A stretch of DNA of 58,923 nucleotides from positions 1 to 58,923 of the forward strand of contig JAQGDQ010002414.1 in assembly GCA_030141605.1 (NCBI GenBank), given 5' to 3'. The DNA is from Tubiluchus corallicola (taxonomy: Eukaryota; Animalia; Priapulida). Below the pieces are notes generated by a model. That model saw only the letters and a list, made by a program, of their open reading frames with translations, searched no databases and was not told where the DNA came from. Position numbers and translations under genes: made by a program. Positions 27,151 through 38,293 of the stretch are shown here, piece after piece (position 1 is the stretch's first letter; the number at the start of each line of letters is the position of its first letter).

Positions 27151-29889
27151 TTGCAGTTTCAATTTTCTTTGAAACCAATTGAAATGTATGAAAAAATAAA
27201 GAGTTATGTCATGAATAGAATTGGTGTTATATTTGTTTTTCTAGTTTTATTAGTTTCAAACGCAGCCGCAATTACAGATTCTGAAAGCAAAAAAATCCTT
27301 AAACTATTTGGGCAACAAGAGTATGAGAAGGCAAGAGAAATAATAAATAAGAGTTTAGCGAAGAAAGCAAACAATGTGGGGGCAAAGTATTATCTTGCAA
27401 GATTGCACCGTATAAAAAACACCCAATACTATAACATTGACTCGGCATATATTAATATTTGTGGGGCTTTGGTAGATTTTCAAAAAGCGGATATCAAAGA
27501 AAAAAAAACTATCACTAAGTATGTTAATCAATCACAGCTATTTTTCTGGAAACGAAAAATAGAGATGGAAGCCTACCGAAAGGTAAAAGAAATTAATACT
27601 TTAGACACATACAATCGGTTTATTGACATATATAAGGAGTCAATCCACTTAGATAGTGTTATTTTTTACAGAGATGTTTTAGCATATCAAAAAACAAAAC
27701 AAGAGGGGACTTCTGATGCATTTTATGATTTTTTAAAAAAGTACCCTACTGCAAAACAGCGCGATGAAGCAGAAAGCAGTTATGAAAAACTTACTTTTGA
27801 GAGCATTATAAAAAAACCAACACTATCAAAGCTTGAAAATTTTGTCACACAATTTCCCCATTCTGTTTATAGAGAACAGGCAGTAGAGCAAATATTTTTA
27901 TTCCTTACCATGGACAATTCAATAGGTAGTTACAAAACATTCTTAACAAAGTATCCTAATAGCGAACTCAAAAATAAAGCATACAAGCATTTATATTATA
28001 AATATGCTTCAAACCATACTACAGAGATGTTTTTTAAAAAATTTTCTGAAAAAACTCTTGTAATGGACTCCTTAAAATCTATTTATTATACCTCCCAGTC
28101 TACAATATTTCCTATATATGAACAGGGGGGCTATAACTTCATGACAAATAAGGAAGAAAGACTATTACACACTAACTTTTCCTTTATTAATAAAAAATAT
28201 GTTTGTGGTGATATTTCAACTGATTTTTTGAGGGAAAGATAGGAACGAAACGAGTTATAGCCTCACTGCTGGGCAACATAATATATGAAGGCGTACACGG
28301 AGGCAGAAGATATTGGCAATGGGTTGCTAAAAATAAAAAAAGGACATCTGTATGGCTTGATAGATAAGTCAGGAAATATAATATGCGACTTTAATTATAA
28401 TGACTTTGAAAACCTTGATAACACTTTTGTTAAATGTAAAGTGGAGAATCAATGGGGGTTAGTAAGTGTTAGTGGACAGAAAATTTTAGAACCAGACTAC
28501 CTGCAAATTTATAAGGAGAGTGATTTTATTATATTAGACAAGGGAGAATTTATAGCCATAACAAATGTTAAAAAACTAAAAAAAATGTTATTTAATGCTC
28601 TTCCTATGGAATTTGAGTTTATTTATGATGACCATGAGTTGATGAGTGATAATCTTTTGCACCTCTATGTAGAGGAAAATGAGGGAGTATTAGATGAAAA
28701 TTTAAATGAAGTGGTAAAGTTTGAAGACCAATTTATTAACATGGCAAGCAAAAAGTTGTGGTACATAAAAAGAAGAGGGAGATATCAACTTTATGATACC
28801 ACGTTTACAAAGCTGTCTAATGAATGGTTTGATAGCATAACATATAATGACGAATGGATTGCAGTGAAAAATAATGGGAAATGGGGAATAGTAAGAGTAG
28901 ATGATTGGCACTATAAAAAAATAAAATATAAATTTAAAAGCGTAAAACTTTTAAACGAAAACATAGCCATTCTTAGTGATGATAAAGTAGTTTGGGCAAT
29001 GTTCAAAAACAATGTACTTGTGGACATAACTAGTTCTCAAAAAACGCAATTGTTAACAGGTAATACAATGAGCAACAAATCATTAAGTTATTTAATGGTT
29101 CAGGGTGTGAAGGGAGAGAAAAAGATTTTTAATGAAAATGGCGTGATGATATTAAAAAGAAAATTTCAAAAAGCAGATATACTAGGAGATGAATATTTGG
29201 TGATTACAAGTAAAGTGAAAAATAAATTTTTGAAAGGGTTATACTCGCTAAAAAATGGAAAAGAATTACTGCCTATTAAGTATGATGGTATAGGGGATTA
29301 TAAGAATGGATTTGTTAACATTTTAAGAAATAAAAAGTTTGGAATCTTTAATTCTAATAACAATACTAAAATACTTCCTGAGTATGATAAGAAGATTAGA
29401 ATGTATTCTAATAATATTTTTATTGTAAGAAAAAAAGGAAAATATGGTTTTGTAAATCGGTTTAATAAAAATTTGTGTAGCGACTGTTTGTTTGATAATA
29501 TACTGTATTGGAATCCTACTCAAGCACTAGTTCAAATCGAAAATAAATGGGAAATATATACCATAATGAAATCCAAAGTCCAAGGGACTAGTAGTTATGA
29601 AATATTAAGTTTTAGCTATTTGGAAAAAGATAGCAAAAAGAAAATATTATTGGCAACTACTCCTACAGGAAAGGGCGTATTAACCAGTAGGTATAAATGG
29701 GTTGTCCCACCTACCTTTAATGAAATTAAAAACATTGGAACAACAGAAACACCTGTCTATTTTGCAGCAAAATATATTTCAGAAGCCAATTTTTATGTAG
29801 TAATTTATTACAGTGCAAAAGGAAAGATACTCCGAAAACAAGTGTATGAAATGCAAGAGTATTCGAATGTTTACTGTGAAAAACGATGA
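27151..29889 (+). CDS. Secreted WG-repeat protein with helical N-terminal region; frameshifted near 28224-28229 and 28290
   Basis: ORFs 27151-28242 and 28285-29889 are bridged by an open third frame (EGKIGTKRVIASLLGNIIYEG). YGLID, WGLVS, WGIV and YGFVN repeats. Start is more likely at 27184 or 27211. Confidence 0.8.
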
Positions 29890-29912
29890 TATAGTAGAAT
29901 GCGGTATAATTT

Positions 29913-31202
29913 TTGCAAGTTTTATGGGTAGTTATGAAGTTTGTAGTTATTGTAATATTACAAGTTATTCTTTTTATTGGTTATGCCTATGACGCAAATG
30001 CTCAAGAGGTACCAGAACCAGATGCCTCTCAGCCTGAAGAGGAGGAGGAGAAAGAGGAAGAAGAAGAGGTCCCAACAAAAACCCCTGAAGAAATATTGGG
30101 AGAAATAGAAAATGCTCAGAAACTTGCAGAGGAGAAGAGAAAACAAGAGCAACTGTTGGCTACCCAGACAACATCTCATTTAAAAGCAACAATGCAAATT
30201 GATACTGTGGAAGGATGGAAAATAGAAAATGGCACTTCATTAGGGTTTGGCGGAATAACAAATGCTTATATGAATTGGGCAACGAATGAGAAAAATAATA
30301 TAGTAATAGGGGCTGATGCAAAGATAGTGTTAGGGTATGTTAAATCTGTTTTTGCGTCAAGATATACTCTCTCATCGGTATATAGATTCATATATGAACA
30401 AGATAAATATAAGGATATTAAACGCTTGGGACTAGAGGGACCAGGTATAGATGTGCAAGAAGATAGATTTGAAGTAGAGGCACGGCTTCAACTTAAAACA
30501 TTTCAAAACTATTATATTACTCTAAGCCCAATGATGAGAACCCAATTTAGCTCCATTTATACCTATAAGTTTGACCAAAGTGACACTACGTCAACGTTAA
30601 TATCTGATTTTTTTGCTCCGGCAACTATTGACATTCCGTTTGGTTACTTATTTGATTATTCTAAAACAGACTCTTTACGAAATAGTAGGGGGATAAATAC
30701 AAGAAACGTATCAGTATTACTTGCTCCACTTGCGGCAAGGATAACGTATGTGTTAGATGATTCGCTTGCAAAAGCAGGAAGACATGGGGTGCAAGGGGAG
30801 GAAAGAGATAGTGAAGGAAACATTGTTACTCCATTTTCTAATTCAAAGTATGAATTAGGGGGGTTTTTAAGTTTAGAATATCAAACGTTTTTTTCTTTTT
30901 CTCCAAGCTCTTTTATAAACAAAGCTAATGTTACGACTAGGCTGGATTTGTTTTCTAATTATAATGAAAGTCCAGAGAAAATTAACGTAGACTGGAACTT
31001 GAATGCCGAATTTGTATTTGGTAAGTTTTTTAGTGCAAACGTCAGAACGGTTTTAAAGTTTTATGATGGAATAAAAATTGAAGATGGAACAGAAATAAAA
31101 GATGGAATAGAGGTACCTAGACTTGTGTCGAAAGTACAATTTAATTATGGAATATCTTTGAACATTAGATATACCATTTCTCCAATTTATTTTAAAAAAT
31201 AA
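29913..31202 (+). CDS. DUF3078 outer-membrane beta-barrel protein
   Basis: NW, RTQF, SDFFAP, LAP...R.T.VLD, ELG, L.LFSNY and VDW motifs; Glu-rich N-terminal linker. Confidence 0.82.
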   Translation: MQVLWVVMKFVVIVILQVILFIGYAYDANAQEVPEPDASQPEEEEEKEEEEEVPTKTPEEILGEIENAQKLAEEKRKQEQLLATQTTSHLKATMQIDTVEGWKIENGTSLGFGGITNAYMNWATNEKNNIVIGADAKIVLGYVKSVFASRYTLSSVYRFIYEQDKYKDIKRLGLEGPGIDVQEDRFEVEARLQLKTFQNYYITLSPMMRTQFSSIYTYKFDQSDTTSTLISDFFAPATIDIPFGYLFDYSKTDSLRNSRGINTRNVSVLLAPLAARITYVLDDSLAKAGRHGVQGEERDSEGNIVTPFSNSKYELGGFLSLEYQTFFSFSPSSFINKANVTTRLDLFSNYNESPEKINVDWNLNAEFVFGKFFSANVRTVLKFYDGIKIEDGTEIKDGIEVPRLVSKVQFNYGISLNIRYTISPIYFKK

Positions 31203-31244
31203 ACAATAAATTAGTTGTGAAATACCTACATAAATTGGCAAAAA

Positions 31245-32426
31245 GTGAAAATATATAAACTAAATCAACAGCGCTATCAAAAATATTATAGCTTGTATAT
31301 AATAGTAATATTTATTGCTATTATTTGCTTATGTAACTCTTTCCATAGCAAACTATTTGCCCAAACAGAGGAAGAAATAGCTCACTTTATAAAACAACTT
31401 AAAAAATTTGAAAAACAAGAACGGTTTGAAGATGCTAGCCTTTTGTCATTACAAATAGGAGATATTTATTTTGAAAACAAAAGTTACATAGATGCTAAAA
31501 GATACTATGAAATTGCGTTTAGAAATGCTTCTGAGCTTGGTGACTACCATACACTATCTTCTATTTCAGCAAAGCTGAACAAGACAAGTTTAATTTTAGA
31601 ATGTGAGAAAAGTGACACCTGGACATTTAATTTTATGTTCAATATAATATTATTGACAGGGGCAATAATATTATATTATGTATTAAGAAATAGAAATGTT
31701 AAACTCAAAATGCAAAGCGTTAAAGTTGCTAAACAGGTACGTTATTTAAAGAAGTTGAAAGATAAAACGGAATTAGAAAAAAACAAATATGAGGGATTGT
31801 TATTTAACATTCTTCCCAAATCGGTAGTGTCAGAGTTAAGTGAAGGAGGAAAGGTAACGCCTCTTAAATATGAAAAAGCGACTATCATGTTTACTGATTT
31901 TAAGGGATTTACAAAAGCATCAGAAAAATTGACACCTACTAAACTCATAGATATGCTTGACATGTGTTTTGATGCATTTGATACTATTGTTGCCAAACAC
32001 AATGTAGAACGCATAAAAACTATTGGAGATGGGTATATGTGTGCGGGAGGAGTGCCAATGCCTAACAGGTCTAATCCTATAGATACTGTTAGGGCGGCAA
32101 TTGCTATGCAACAATTTGTGAAAGATAAACAGTTGATTTTTAAGCAAAAAGGAGAGGAATTTTTTAAGCTTAGGATAGGAATTCATACAGGAAAAGTTAT
32201 AGTGGGGGTAATTGGAAAGAAAAGATTTGCATATGACATTTGGGGGGCTGCTGTAAATGTTGCCCAGCGTATGGAACAAACATGTGAGGAAGAAAGAATA
32301 AATATTTCTCAGGACACATACTCATTGGTAAAGAATAGTGATGAATTTGTGTTTATGCCGAGAGGAAGTGTTGACCTTAAAGATGAAGGCACGATAAACG
32401 CCTATTATGTGGACAAATCCCCGTAA
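31245..32426 (+). CDS. Membrane-anchored class III adenylate/guanylate cyclase
   Basis: LLFNILP, MFTDFKGFT, IKTIGDGYM, RIGIHTG and YDIWG..VN.A.RME; N-terminal TPR-like region and a TM helix. Confidence 0.93.
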   Translation: MKIYKLNQQRYQKYYSLYIIVIFIAIICLCNSFHSKLFAQTEEEIAHFIKQLKKFEKQERFEDASLLSLQIGDIYFENKSYIDAKRYYEIAFRNASELGDYHTLSSISAKLNKTSLILECEKSDTWTFNFMFNIILLTGAIILYYVLRNRNVKLKMQSVKVAKQVRYLKKLKDKTELEKNKYEGLLFNILPKSVVSELSEGGKVTPLKYEKATIMFTDFKGFTKASEKLTPTKLIDMLDMCFDAFDTIVAKHNVERIKTIGDGYMCAGGVPMPNRSNPIDTVRAAIAMQQFVKDKQLIFKQKGEEFFKLRIGIHTGKVIVGVIGKKRFAYDIWGAAVNVAQRMEQTCEEERINISQDTYSLVKNSDEFVFMPRGSVDLKDEGTINAYYVDKSP

Positions 32427-32430
32427 AAAC

Positions 32431-34536
32431 TTAGTTCAAATTTAGTATTAGGGCGCCATCTAAACTAATAGCATGAAATTCTTGCTCTAACTCAGAGAGT
32501 TGTTGAATAAGCATTTGGATGTTTTTGGGTGTGTTGGAAGTATCAATAATTAGTTTGTCAACATTGAAGTGAGATAACAAGTTCTTGATATCGTAAATAA
32601 CGTTATTGCTTATTACTATATAGCTTACATCCAATTTTTTATGGCTAGGTTTTGTTAATTGCTTTTTTAAAAAAACAATACTTTTTTCTCCAAACACACA
32701 CAAATTATACCCCTCCTTTTTTACAAAAAAATCAACACCATCTACCTTAGCTACTTCTGTTATTCTAAATTTTTTTCTTGAAGGCATTAAAATGCGATTT
32801 TCTAAAAAGCTATCTGTTTTATTGATATAGGTAGATGTATATACTTTTCTTCCCTTTATGAAATCAATGACCGAAGCATTATTAGTATTATAAAAAATGA
32901 TTTTTTGTTGCTGTGATGAAGAGTAATATATGTAAGAGTGGTAGATGGTTAACAATGCAACACTGGCGAAGAAAAACTTTTTGTAGAGAATGTCTTTGTA
33001 TGTTAGTTTTAATAAAAGAAAAAGAATGAAAAAATAAATCAAAAACAATTGCAATATATCTATGTGGATATTTGTAAAGTAACTAAAAGGCAAGGAGAGT
33101 AACCAATCACTAAATGCATTTAGGAATTGAATTAAGAATGTGATAATGTAGGAAAATAATAGGCTGATTGGTTTAAAAAAACTGAAAAAAATACTTGAAA
33201 AGCCTGTAATAAGTACAACAAAAACGATAGGCATAACTATTAAATTTGATATAAAAAATAGAGTTGAAAAGTTCCCAAAGTAGAATAATACTAATGGGAA
33301 TGTGCCTATTTGAGCTGCACAAGAGACACAAAACAAACTCCAAAAGGCATTTAAAAATTTATTTTTAAAACTGATAATACTATATAATTTTTTATGTATA
33401 TAAACTATTGATATTACAGCAAAATAAGAGAGCTGAAAACTTACCGAAGTGGCTAAAAAGGGATTAAGTAGCAACAATAAGAAAGCTGATAAAACAATAT
33501 TGTTGTAGATGTTATTGTGTTTGTTTAAAAGTTTAACAATCAAAAATAGAGATAACATTAAAGTGGCACGTAACACAGAGGGTGAAAGACCTGTTATGAA
33601 AGCATACGCCCAAATGGTTATGGCTATTATTATGCTTACAATCGTGTTGCCATGTTTTTTTCTTTTTATTCCTTTCAGCAAGAAAGAAAGGGTTAAAAAT
33701 ACCACCCCTACATGCAGCCCTGAAATAGCTAAGATGTGTGCAATACCTATTAACGCGTATTTTTCTTTTGTATCATTGCTTATGTCTGTTCTATTACCTA
33801 AAATCAATGCGGATGCCACATTGTTGACGGATGGAGGAAGTATGCTTGCCAATAAACTTTTTAAATAGTCTTTTATGCTTATGGCATAGAACTTAAAAAT
33901 GTTTGCTTGCCTGTGATTGATCAACAGAAAGTCTTCTTCGTTGAGTAGGTGCTTTACATAGACTTGCTCTGGAAGCAAATATTTTTTGTAATTGAATTGG
34001 TTGGGATTGGTGGGTGAGGGGATGCTTTGGAAACTTCCTTTTACCAAAATTTTGTCGCCATAATACAAACCGAAGCCATTCCATGTATTGAACGTTAACA
34101 CAACATTGCCTTGAGTCTTTTTCCAAAGGCTCTTACCTTTTTGTTTTACGCATATTTTTGTTATTCGTGCATAGCATTTAGACCTGTTGCCAGACTTTCT
34201 AATATCGCTGTTTATTGTGGCTTCGTAGTGAGTTATGTTTTCCGCTACAAAATTTGTCACATGGATTTCTTTTTTTGAGTTATCTTGAACAAGTGAAATG
34301 ACATATCCAAAACTTAGAAAAATGACAAACAGCACTCCTCCCATCGTAGCATTGTATTTGATAAAACGAATTCCTTTTAGATAATAAAATAATAGAGAAA
34401 AACCGCATACAGATATGACAAGTAAGTATACAATGACGTTTAGTGTGTTGTTGAAAAACACATATAGCACGACTCCCATCAAAAAAGGGATAAATACTCT
34501 TAATAGCGGTATTTTGTTTTTAGTCCAAAAATTCAT
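32431..34536 (-). CDS. comEC: ComEC/Rec2 competence protein
   Basis: NPNQFNY, HILAISGLHVG, SPSVLRA and SFQLSY; multiple TM helices. Confidence 0.92.
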   Translation of the reverse strand: MNFWTKNKIPLLRVFIPFLMGVVLYVFFNNTLNVIVYLLVISVCGFSLLFYYLKGIRFIKYNATMGGVLFVIFLSFGYVISLVQDNSKKEIHVTNFVAENITHYEATINSDIRKSGNRSKCYARITKICVKQKGKSLWKKTQGNVVLTFNTWNGFGLYYGDKILVKGSFQSIPSPTNPNQFNYKKYLLPEQVYVKHLLNEEDFLLINHRQANIFKFYAISIKDYLKSLLASILPPSVNNVASALILGNRTDISNDTKEKYALIGIAHILAISGLHVGVVFLTLSFLLKGIKRKKHGNTIVSIIIAITIWAYAFITGLSPSVLRATLMLSLFLIVKLLNKHNNIYNNIVLSAFLLLLLNPFLATSVSFQLSYFAVISIVYIHKKLYSIISFKNKFLNAFWSLFCVSCAAQIGTFPLVLFYFGNFSTLFFISNLIVMPIVFVVLITGFSSIFFSFFKPISLLFSYIITFLIQFLNAFSDWLLSLPFSYFTNIHIDILQLFLIYFFILFLLLKLTYKDILYKKFFFASVALLTIYHSYIYYSSSQQQKIIFYNTNNASVIDFIKGRKVYTSTYINKTDSFLENRILMPSRKKFRITEVAKVDGVDFFVKKEGYNLCVFGEKSIVFLKKQLTKPSHKKLDVSYIVISNNVIYDIKNLLSHFNVDKLIIDTSNTPKNIQMLIQQLSELEQEFHAISLDGALILNLN

Positions 34537-34622
34537 TGGTTAAAAAAACACTAGTAGACTAAATAAGAAAATCGTTATTTCTAAAATTTATAGGAGTGGT
34601 AAGCTCTTAGCAGTGAAGATAC

Positions 34623-35396
34623 CTAAAAGTTCGGAGTAAGAAAATATTTAGAATAAAAATCATTAATGATAGCTACTGCTTCATCCACAGAATCTACAAC
34701 ATGGAACAACTCAAAATCTTGTGCATCAATGCATTTTTCTTTTTTATAAACTACTTCTTTCAACCATTTTATTAGCCCTTGCCAATAACTTTTTCCTACA
34801 AGAATAATGGGGGACCTTCCTATTTTTTGAGTTTGTATTAAGGTTAGCGACTCAAACAACTCATCAAGTGTTCCAAATCCTCCAGGCATAGCTACAAATG
34901 CTTGCGCAAAACGTACAAACATTACTTTTCTTACAAAAAAATAATCAAAATTAATTAGCTTATCGGAGTCTATATACATGTTGCTCTTTTGCTCGTGGGG
35001 TAAAATAATTTGCAATCCAATGGATACACCGTTAGCCTCTTTTGCTCCTTTATTGGCAGCTTCCATAATCCCTTCTCCAGCGCCTGTGATTACGCCATAA
35101 CCATTTTTTACTATAGCGGAAGACAGCTTTTCTGTTAGTTGGTAGTAGTGAGTATTGGGGGCAGTTCGTGCTGAGCCAAACACAGAGACACAAGGTCCTA
35201 AGAGTGATAATTTTTCGAATCCTTGTACAAATTCAGACATTATTTTAAAAATAGCCCATGTGTCCGTTGTCCTTATTTCATTCCAGTCTCTTTGTTTAAG
35301 GGCTACCCGTACAGATTTTAATGTAGACTCTATGTTATTTGATATTTTTTCTAATGTTTTATATTTGACACCTATAGTCTTTTTTTGCATATCCAT
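34623..35396 (-). CDS. LOG family (TIGR00730) nucleotide phosphoribohydrolase
   Basis: VSVFGSAR, GIMEAANKGA, FFVRK and PGGFGTLDE. Confidence 0.92.
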   Translation of the reverse strand: MDMQKKTIGVKYKTLEKISNNIESTLKSVRVALKQRDWNEIRTTDTWAIFKIMSEFVQGFEKLSLLGPCVSVFGSARTAPNTHYYQLTEKLSSAIVKNGYGVITGAGEGIMEAANKGAKEANGVSIGLQIILPHEQKSNMYIDSDKLINFDYFFVRKVMFVRFAQAFVAMPGGFGTLDELFESLTLIQTQKIGRSPIILVGKSYWQGLIKWLKEVVYKKEKCIDAQDFELFHVVDSVDEAVAIINDFYSKYFLTPNF

Positions 35397-35410
35397 TGTA
35401 GTATCTTAAT

Positions 35411-36448
35411 TTAGTTTTTTTCAGAATTTTGTAACCTTTGTTTAACAATTTTAGCAGCGCAATAGATAGCCTCGCGCATGGAGTGTTCATTGGCGATGCC
35501 TTTACCTGCAAGATCATAATTTACCCCATGACATGGTGAAGTTCGTATTATAGGAAGTCCAGCAGTGTAGTTTACTCCAGTTTCAAAATTTAATAGTTTA
35601 AAGGGGATAAGACCTTGGTCATGATACATTGCCAGAACACCGTCAAATTTTGTGTAATTGCCGGCGCCCCAAAAACCATCGGCAGCAAACGGACCAAACA
35701 CTAAATTTCCCTGTTTTTTGAATTCTATCACTGTAGGGTTGATTATTTTTTGTTCTTCATTTCCCAACAAACCGTTTTCCCCTGCATGAGGATTGAGAGA
35801 CAATACGGCTATTTTAGGTTTTGGAATGTTAAAATCTTTTTTGAGTGAGTTAATAAATATTGTTAATTTTTTTTCTATTAATTGTTTGGTAATAGTTTTA
35901 GAGACGTCTTGTAAAGGCAGGTGATCTGTTACAACGCCTACTTTTACTGTATCCGACACCATCATCATTAAGCTTTCGTAATTGCTGCCTAATTCTTGGG
36001 TTAAGTATTGAGTGTGCCCAACAAATTCAGGTATTGCATGTTGTTGAATATTACTTTTATTAATAGGAGCAGTTACTATTGCACTTAAAACACCGTTTTT
36101 TAGGTCTGTCATAGCTCTATTTAGCGAAGATATGGCTGCCTTTGCAGATTGTGGTGTTGCTATCCCTAATTTTATATTTATGTCATCTGACCAGCAGGTA
36201 ATTACATTTATATGTTTATGGTTTATATGTGATATAGACTTAATTTGACCGTAGGTAAACATATTGTCAGGGGTTCGTAATACTTTTTTGTGGTAGGATA
36301 AAACTTGAGAAGAGCCATATACTACAATGCTTACATATTTAAAAATTCTTTTGTCTGATAGGGCTTTGATTAACACCTCCGTCCCAATACCATTAATGTC
36401 TCCTATTGCTATTCCTATTATTGGATTGTTTTTTTGTTTGTGGTTCAT
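35411..36448 (-). CDS. pdxA: 4-hydroxythreonine-4-phosphate dehydrogenase
   Basis: GDINGIG.E, TAPINK, LNPHAGE, AMYHDQG and RTSP.HG. Confidence 0.95.
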   Translation of the reverse strand: MNHKQKNNPIIGIAIGDINGIGTEVLIKALSDKRIFKYVSIVVYGSSQVLSYHKKVLRTPDNMFTYGQIKSISHINHKHINVITCWSDDINIKLGIATPQSAKAAISSLNRAMTDLKNGVLSAIVTAPINKSNIQQHAIPEFVGHTQYLTQELGSNYESLMMMVSDTVKVGVVTDHLPLQDVSKTITKQLIEKKLTIFINSLKKDFNIPKPKIAVLSLNPHAGENGLLGNEEQKIINPTVIEFKKQGNLVFGPFAADGFWGAGNYTKFDGVLAMYHDQGLIPFKLLNFETGVNYTAGLPIIRTSPCHGVNYDLAGKGIANEHSMREAIYCAAKIVKQRLQNSEKN

Positions 36449-36548
36449 TTATTTTTTCCCTCGCTTGTGTTATTTCTTTTATTTATAAAAGCCTTCAATT
36501 TACAAAAATTATAGTTGTTTTTATTCTTTAAAGTATGAATTTTCTTTT

Positions 36549-37808
36549 TTAAGTTTTTCTTTTCTTCTTTTGCGAAGCAGGCAGCAATATGTTATTAAGA
36601 ATTAACCTATATCCGGGCGAGTTAGGGTGCAAGTTCATGTTTGTCGGCTCTTCTCCTACAAAGTGTTGATAATCTTCAGGATCGTGTCCTCCATAAAATG
36701 TCCAAAAACCTTTTCCGTGTGCCCCATGTATATATTTTGCTTCACCCAATAGGATATTTTCTCCCATTATAGTTACACTTGGTTTTATTAGGTGTTTCTT
36801 AAAAGCGGTTGTTTGTCCATAAAAACCTTTTATAATTCGGGTATGATTTTGTGTTAATATGGCGGGGATGGGATCCCATTTTGCAGAAAATTCTAAAAGG
36901 GTAAAAAAATCTTCTGACTCTTTGATTTTTCTCTCAAAAGATTGGTGATCTATGTCAGAGTATTCATATTCATATGGGTCTAATTTGATTTTGAAATTGT
37001 GAAAGGCTAATGTATTGTTATAATTCAATAGCTCTTGTGCATTTTTTTCTTGTGGGTCACCATCATATATTGTAGCACAAATATCTGTATCTTCTGCCGC
37101 CAAGGAAATATCAAAAGAGTCTGTGCCAGAACACATTGAAAGCAAATATCCTCCCCCAGCGACGAAGTTTTTAATTTTTTTGGCTACTTCTAATTTTAGT
37201 TTTGAAACTTTGCTGTAACCATGCTTTTGTGCTATTTGATTGAGTTCCTCTTTCTGTTTTATATACCATTCGTGGTATTTATATGTGCGTTCAAATTTGC
37301 CAAATTGTCCTGTAAAGTCTTCGTGGTGCAAGTGCAACCAGTCATATTTAGGGAGTTCATCATTGAGGATTTCATCATCATATATTATAGTGTAAGGAAT
37401 TTCCGAATATGTCATTACTAACGTTACAGCATCATCCCAAGGCAAAGATGATTTGGGAGCGTACACTGCTATTTTTGGAGCTTTTTCAAGCTTTATAACG
37501 TCAGAATTAGATGCCATACTAGAAGCACTGTTTCTAATGTCTATGGCTTTGGCATCAGAAACGATTTTATAGTTTATGTTTTTTATGATTAAATCGTCTT
37601 CAATTACGGAATGGTACGGTATCATAAAGCTACCGCCTTCAAAATTTAAAAGCCATTCAGCACCGCTGCCTTGCTGCAATGTAGAGTATACTACTCCATA
37701 TGCTTTTAGGTGGTTAGTTTGTTCTTTATTCATTAAAATTAATAGATATGAAGCGCTGGCATTGCAACAAATCAAACAATAACTAATGGATAGAAGTAAT
37801 TTTTTCAT
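36549..37808 (-). CDS. Conserved Bacteroidota secreted protein with class I glutamine amidotransferase-like region (often auto-labelled asparagine synthetase B)
   Basis: Signal peptide, HLKAYG, PWDDAV, WLHLHHEDFTGQ, GG.LLSMCSGTD and GHDPEDY. Confidence 0.7.
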   Translation of the reverse strand: MKKLLLSISYCLICCNASASYLLILMNKEQTNHLKAYGVVYSTLQQGSGAEWLLNFEGGSFMIPYHSVIEDDLIIKNINYKIVSDAKAIDIRNSASSMASNSDVIKLEKAPKIAVYAPKSSLPWDDAVTLVMTYSEIPYTIIYDDEILNDELPKYDWLHLHHEDFTGQFGKFERTYKYHEWYIKQKEELNQIAQKHGYSKVSKLKLEVAKKIKNFVAGGGYLLSMCSGTDSFDISLAAEDTDICATIYDGDPQEKNAQELLNYNNTLAFHNFKIKLDPYEYEYSDIDHQSFERKIKESEDFFTLLEFSAKWDPIPAILTQNHTRIIKGFYGQTTAFKKHLIKPSVTIMGENILLGEAKYIHGAHGKGFWTFYGGHDPEDYQHFVGEEPTNMNLHPNSPGYRLILNNILLPASQKKKRKT

Positions 37809-37835
37809 GATGAAGAATAAGGTTTTAACTTATGA

Positions 37836-37843
37836 CAAATATA
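37836..37843 (-). promoter_or_regulatory. Bacteroidota -7 promoter element
   Basis: Minus-strand TATATTTG 27 nt upstream of 37808. Confidence 0.45.
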
Positions 37844-37855
37844 TGAAAACATTGG

Positions 37856-38293
37856 TTATTTTAATACCATTTTATAGTGTTGAATGTCGCACTCTAAAAA
37901 CATATTTCCTTCCTTTTTAAATCCATATTTTGAATATAAGGGAATAGCAGATAGTTGTGCATGCAAGTAAATGGAGCAATGATGGTTAAAGTTTTCATGT
38001 TCCTTAACGTCCTGCAGAACGGCTTCTAATAGCTGACTTCCTACATGTTGATTTCTGTATTTATGTAATACGGCAAACCTTTCTAGCTTAATGCCATGTT
38101 TAGTAAATCGCCATCTTGCGGTACCACAAGGAGTAGAATTTTTATAAGCTAAAAAATGGTTAGATTTCTGTTCAAACTCATCTATTTCTTCTGATGCGGG
38201 AACATTTTGCCCAACAACAAACACTTCTGTTCTAATTTTATGAGCTTCTTGTAATTCGGTTGTGTTATTTATTTTTTTTACCCAAATACTCAT
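37856..38293 (-). CDS. GNAT N-acetyltransferase (ElaA/YjcF-like)
   Basis: IR.EVFV..Q.V...E.D, GTAR, R.AV...R...VG, LHAQ and Y...GF. Confidence 0.9.
   Translation of the reverse strand: MSIWVKKINNTTELQEAHKIRTEVFVVGQNVPASEEIDEFEQKSNHFLAYKNSTPCGTARWRFTKHGIKLERFAVLHKYRNQHVGSQLLEAVLQDVKEHENFNHHCSIYLHAQLSAIPLYSKYGFKKEGNMFLECDIQHYKMVLK

Noticed and set aside
30037-30069. GAA/GAG-rich simple repeat
   Set aside because: It encodes a poly-Glu linker with mixed codons and is not a contingency locus.
31245-34536. cAMP-competence module (cyclase next to comEC)
   Set aside because: The genes are convergent with no shared promoter, so adjacency alone is not evidence.
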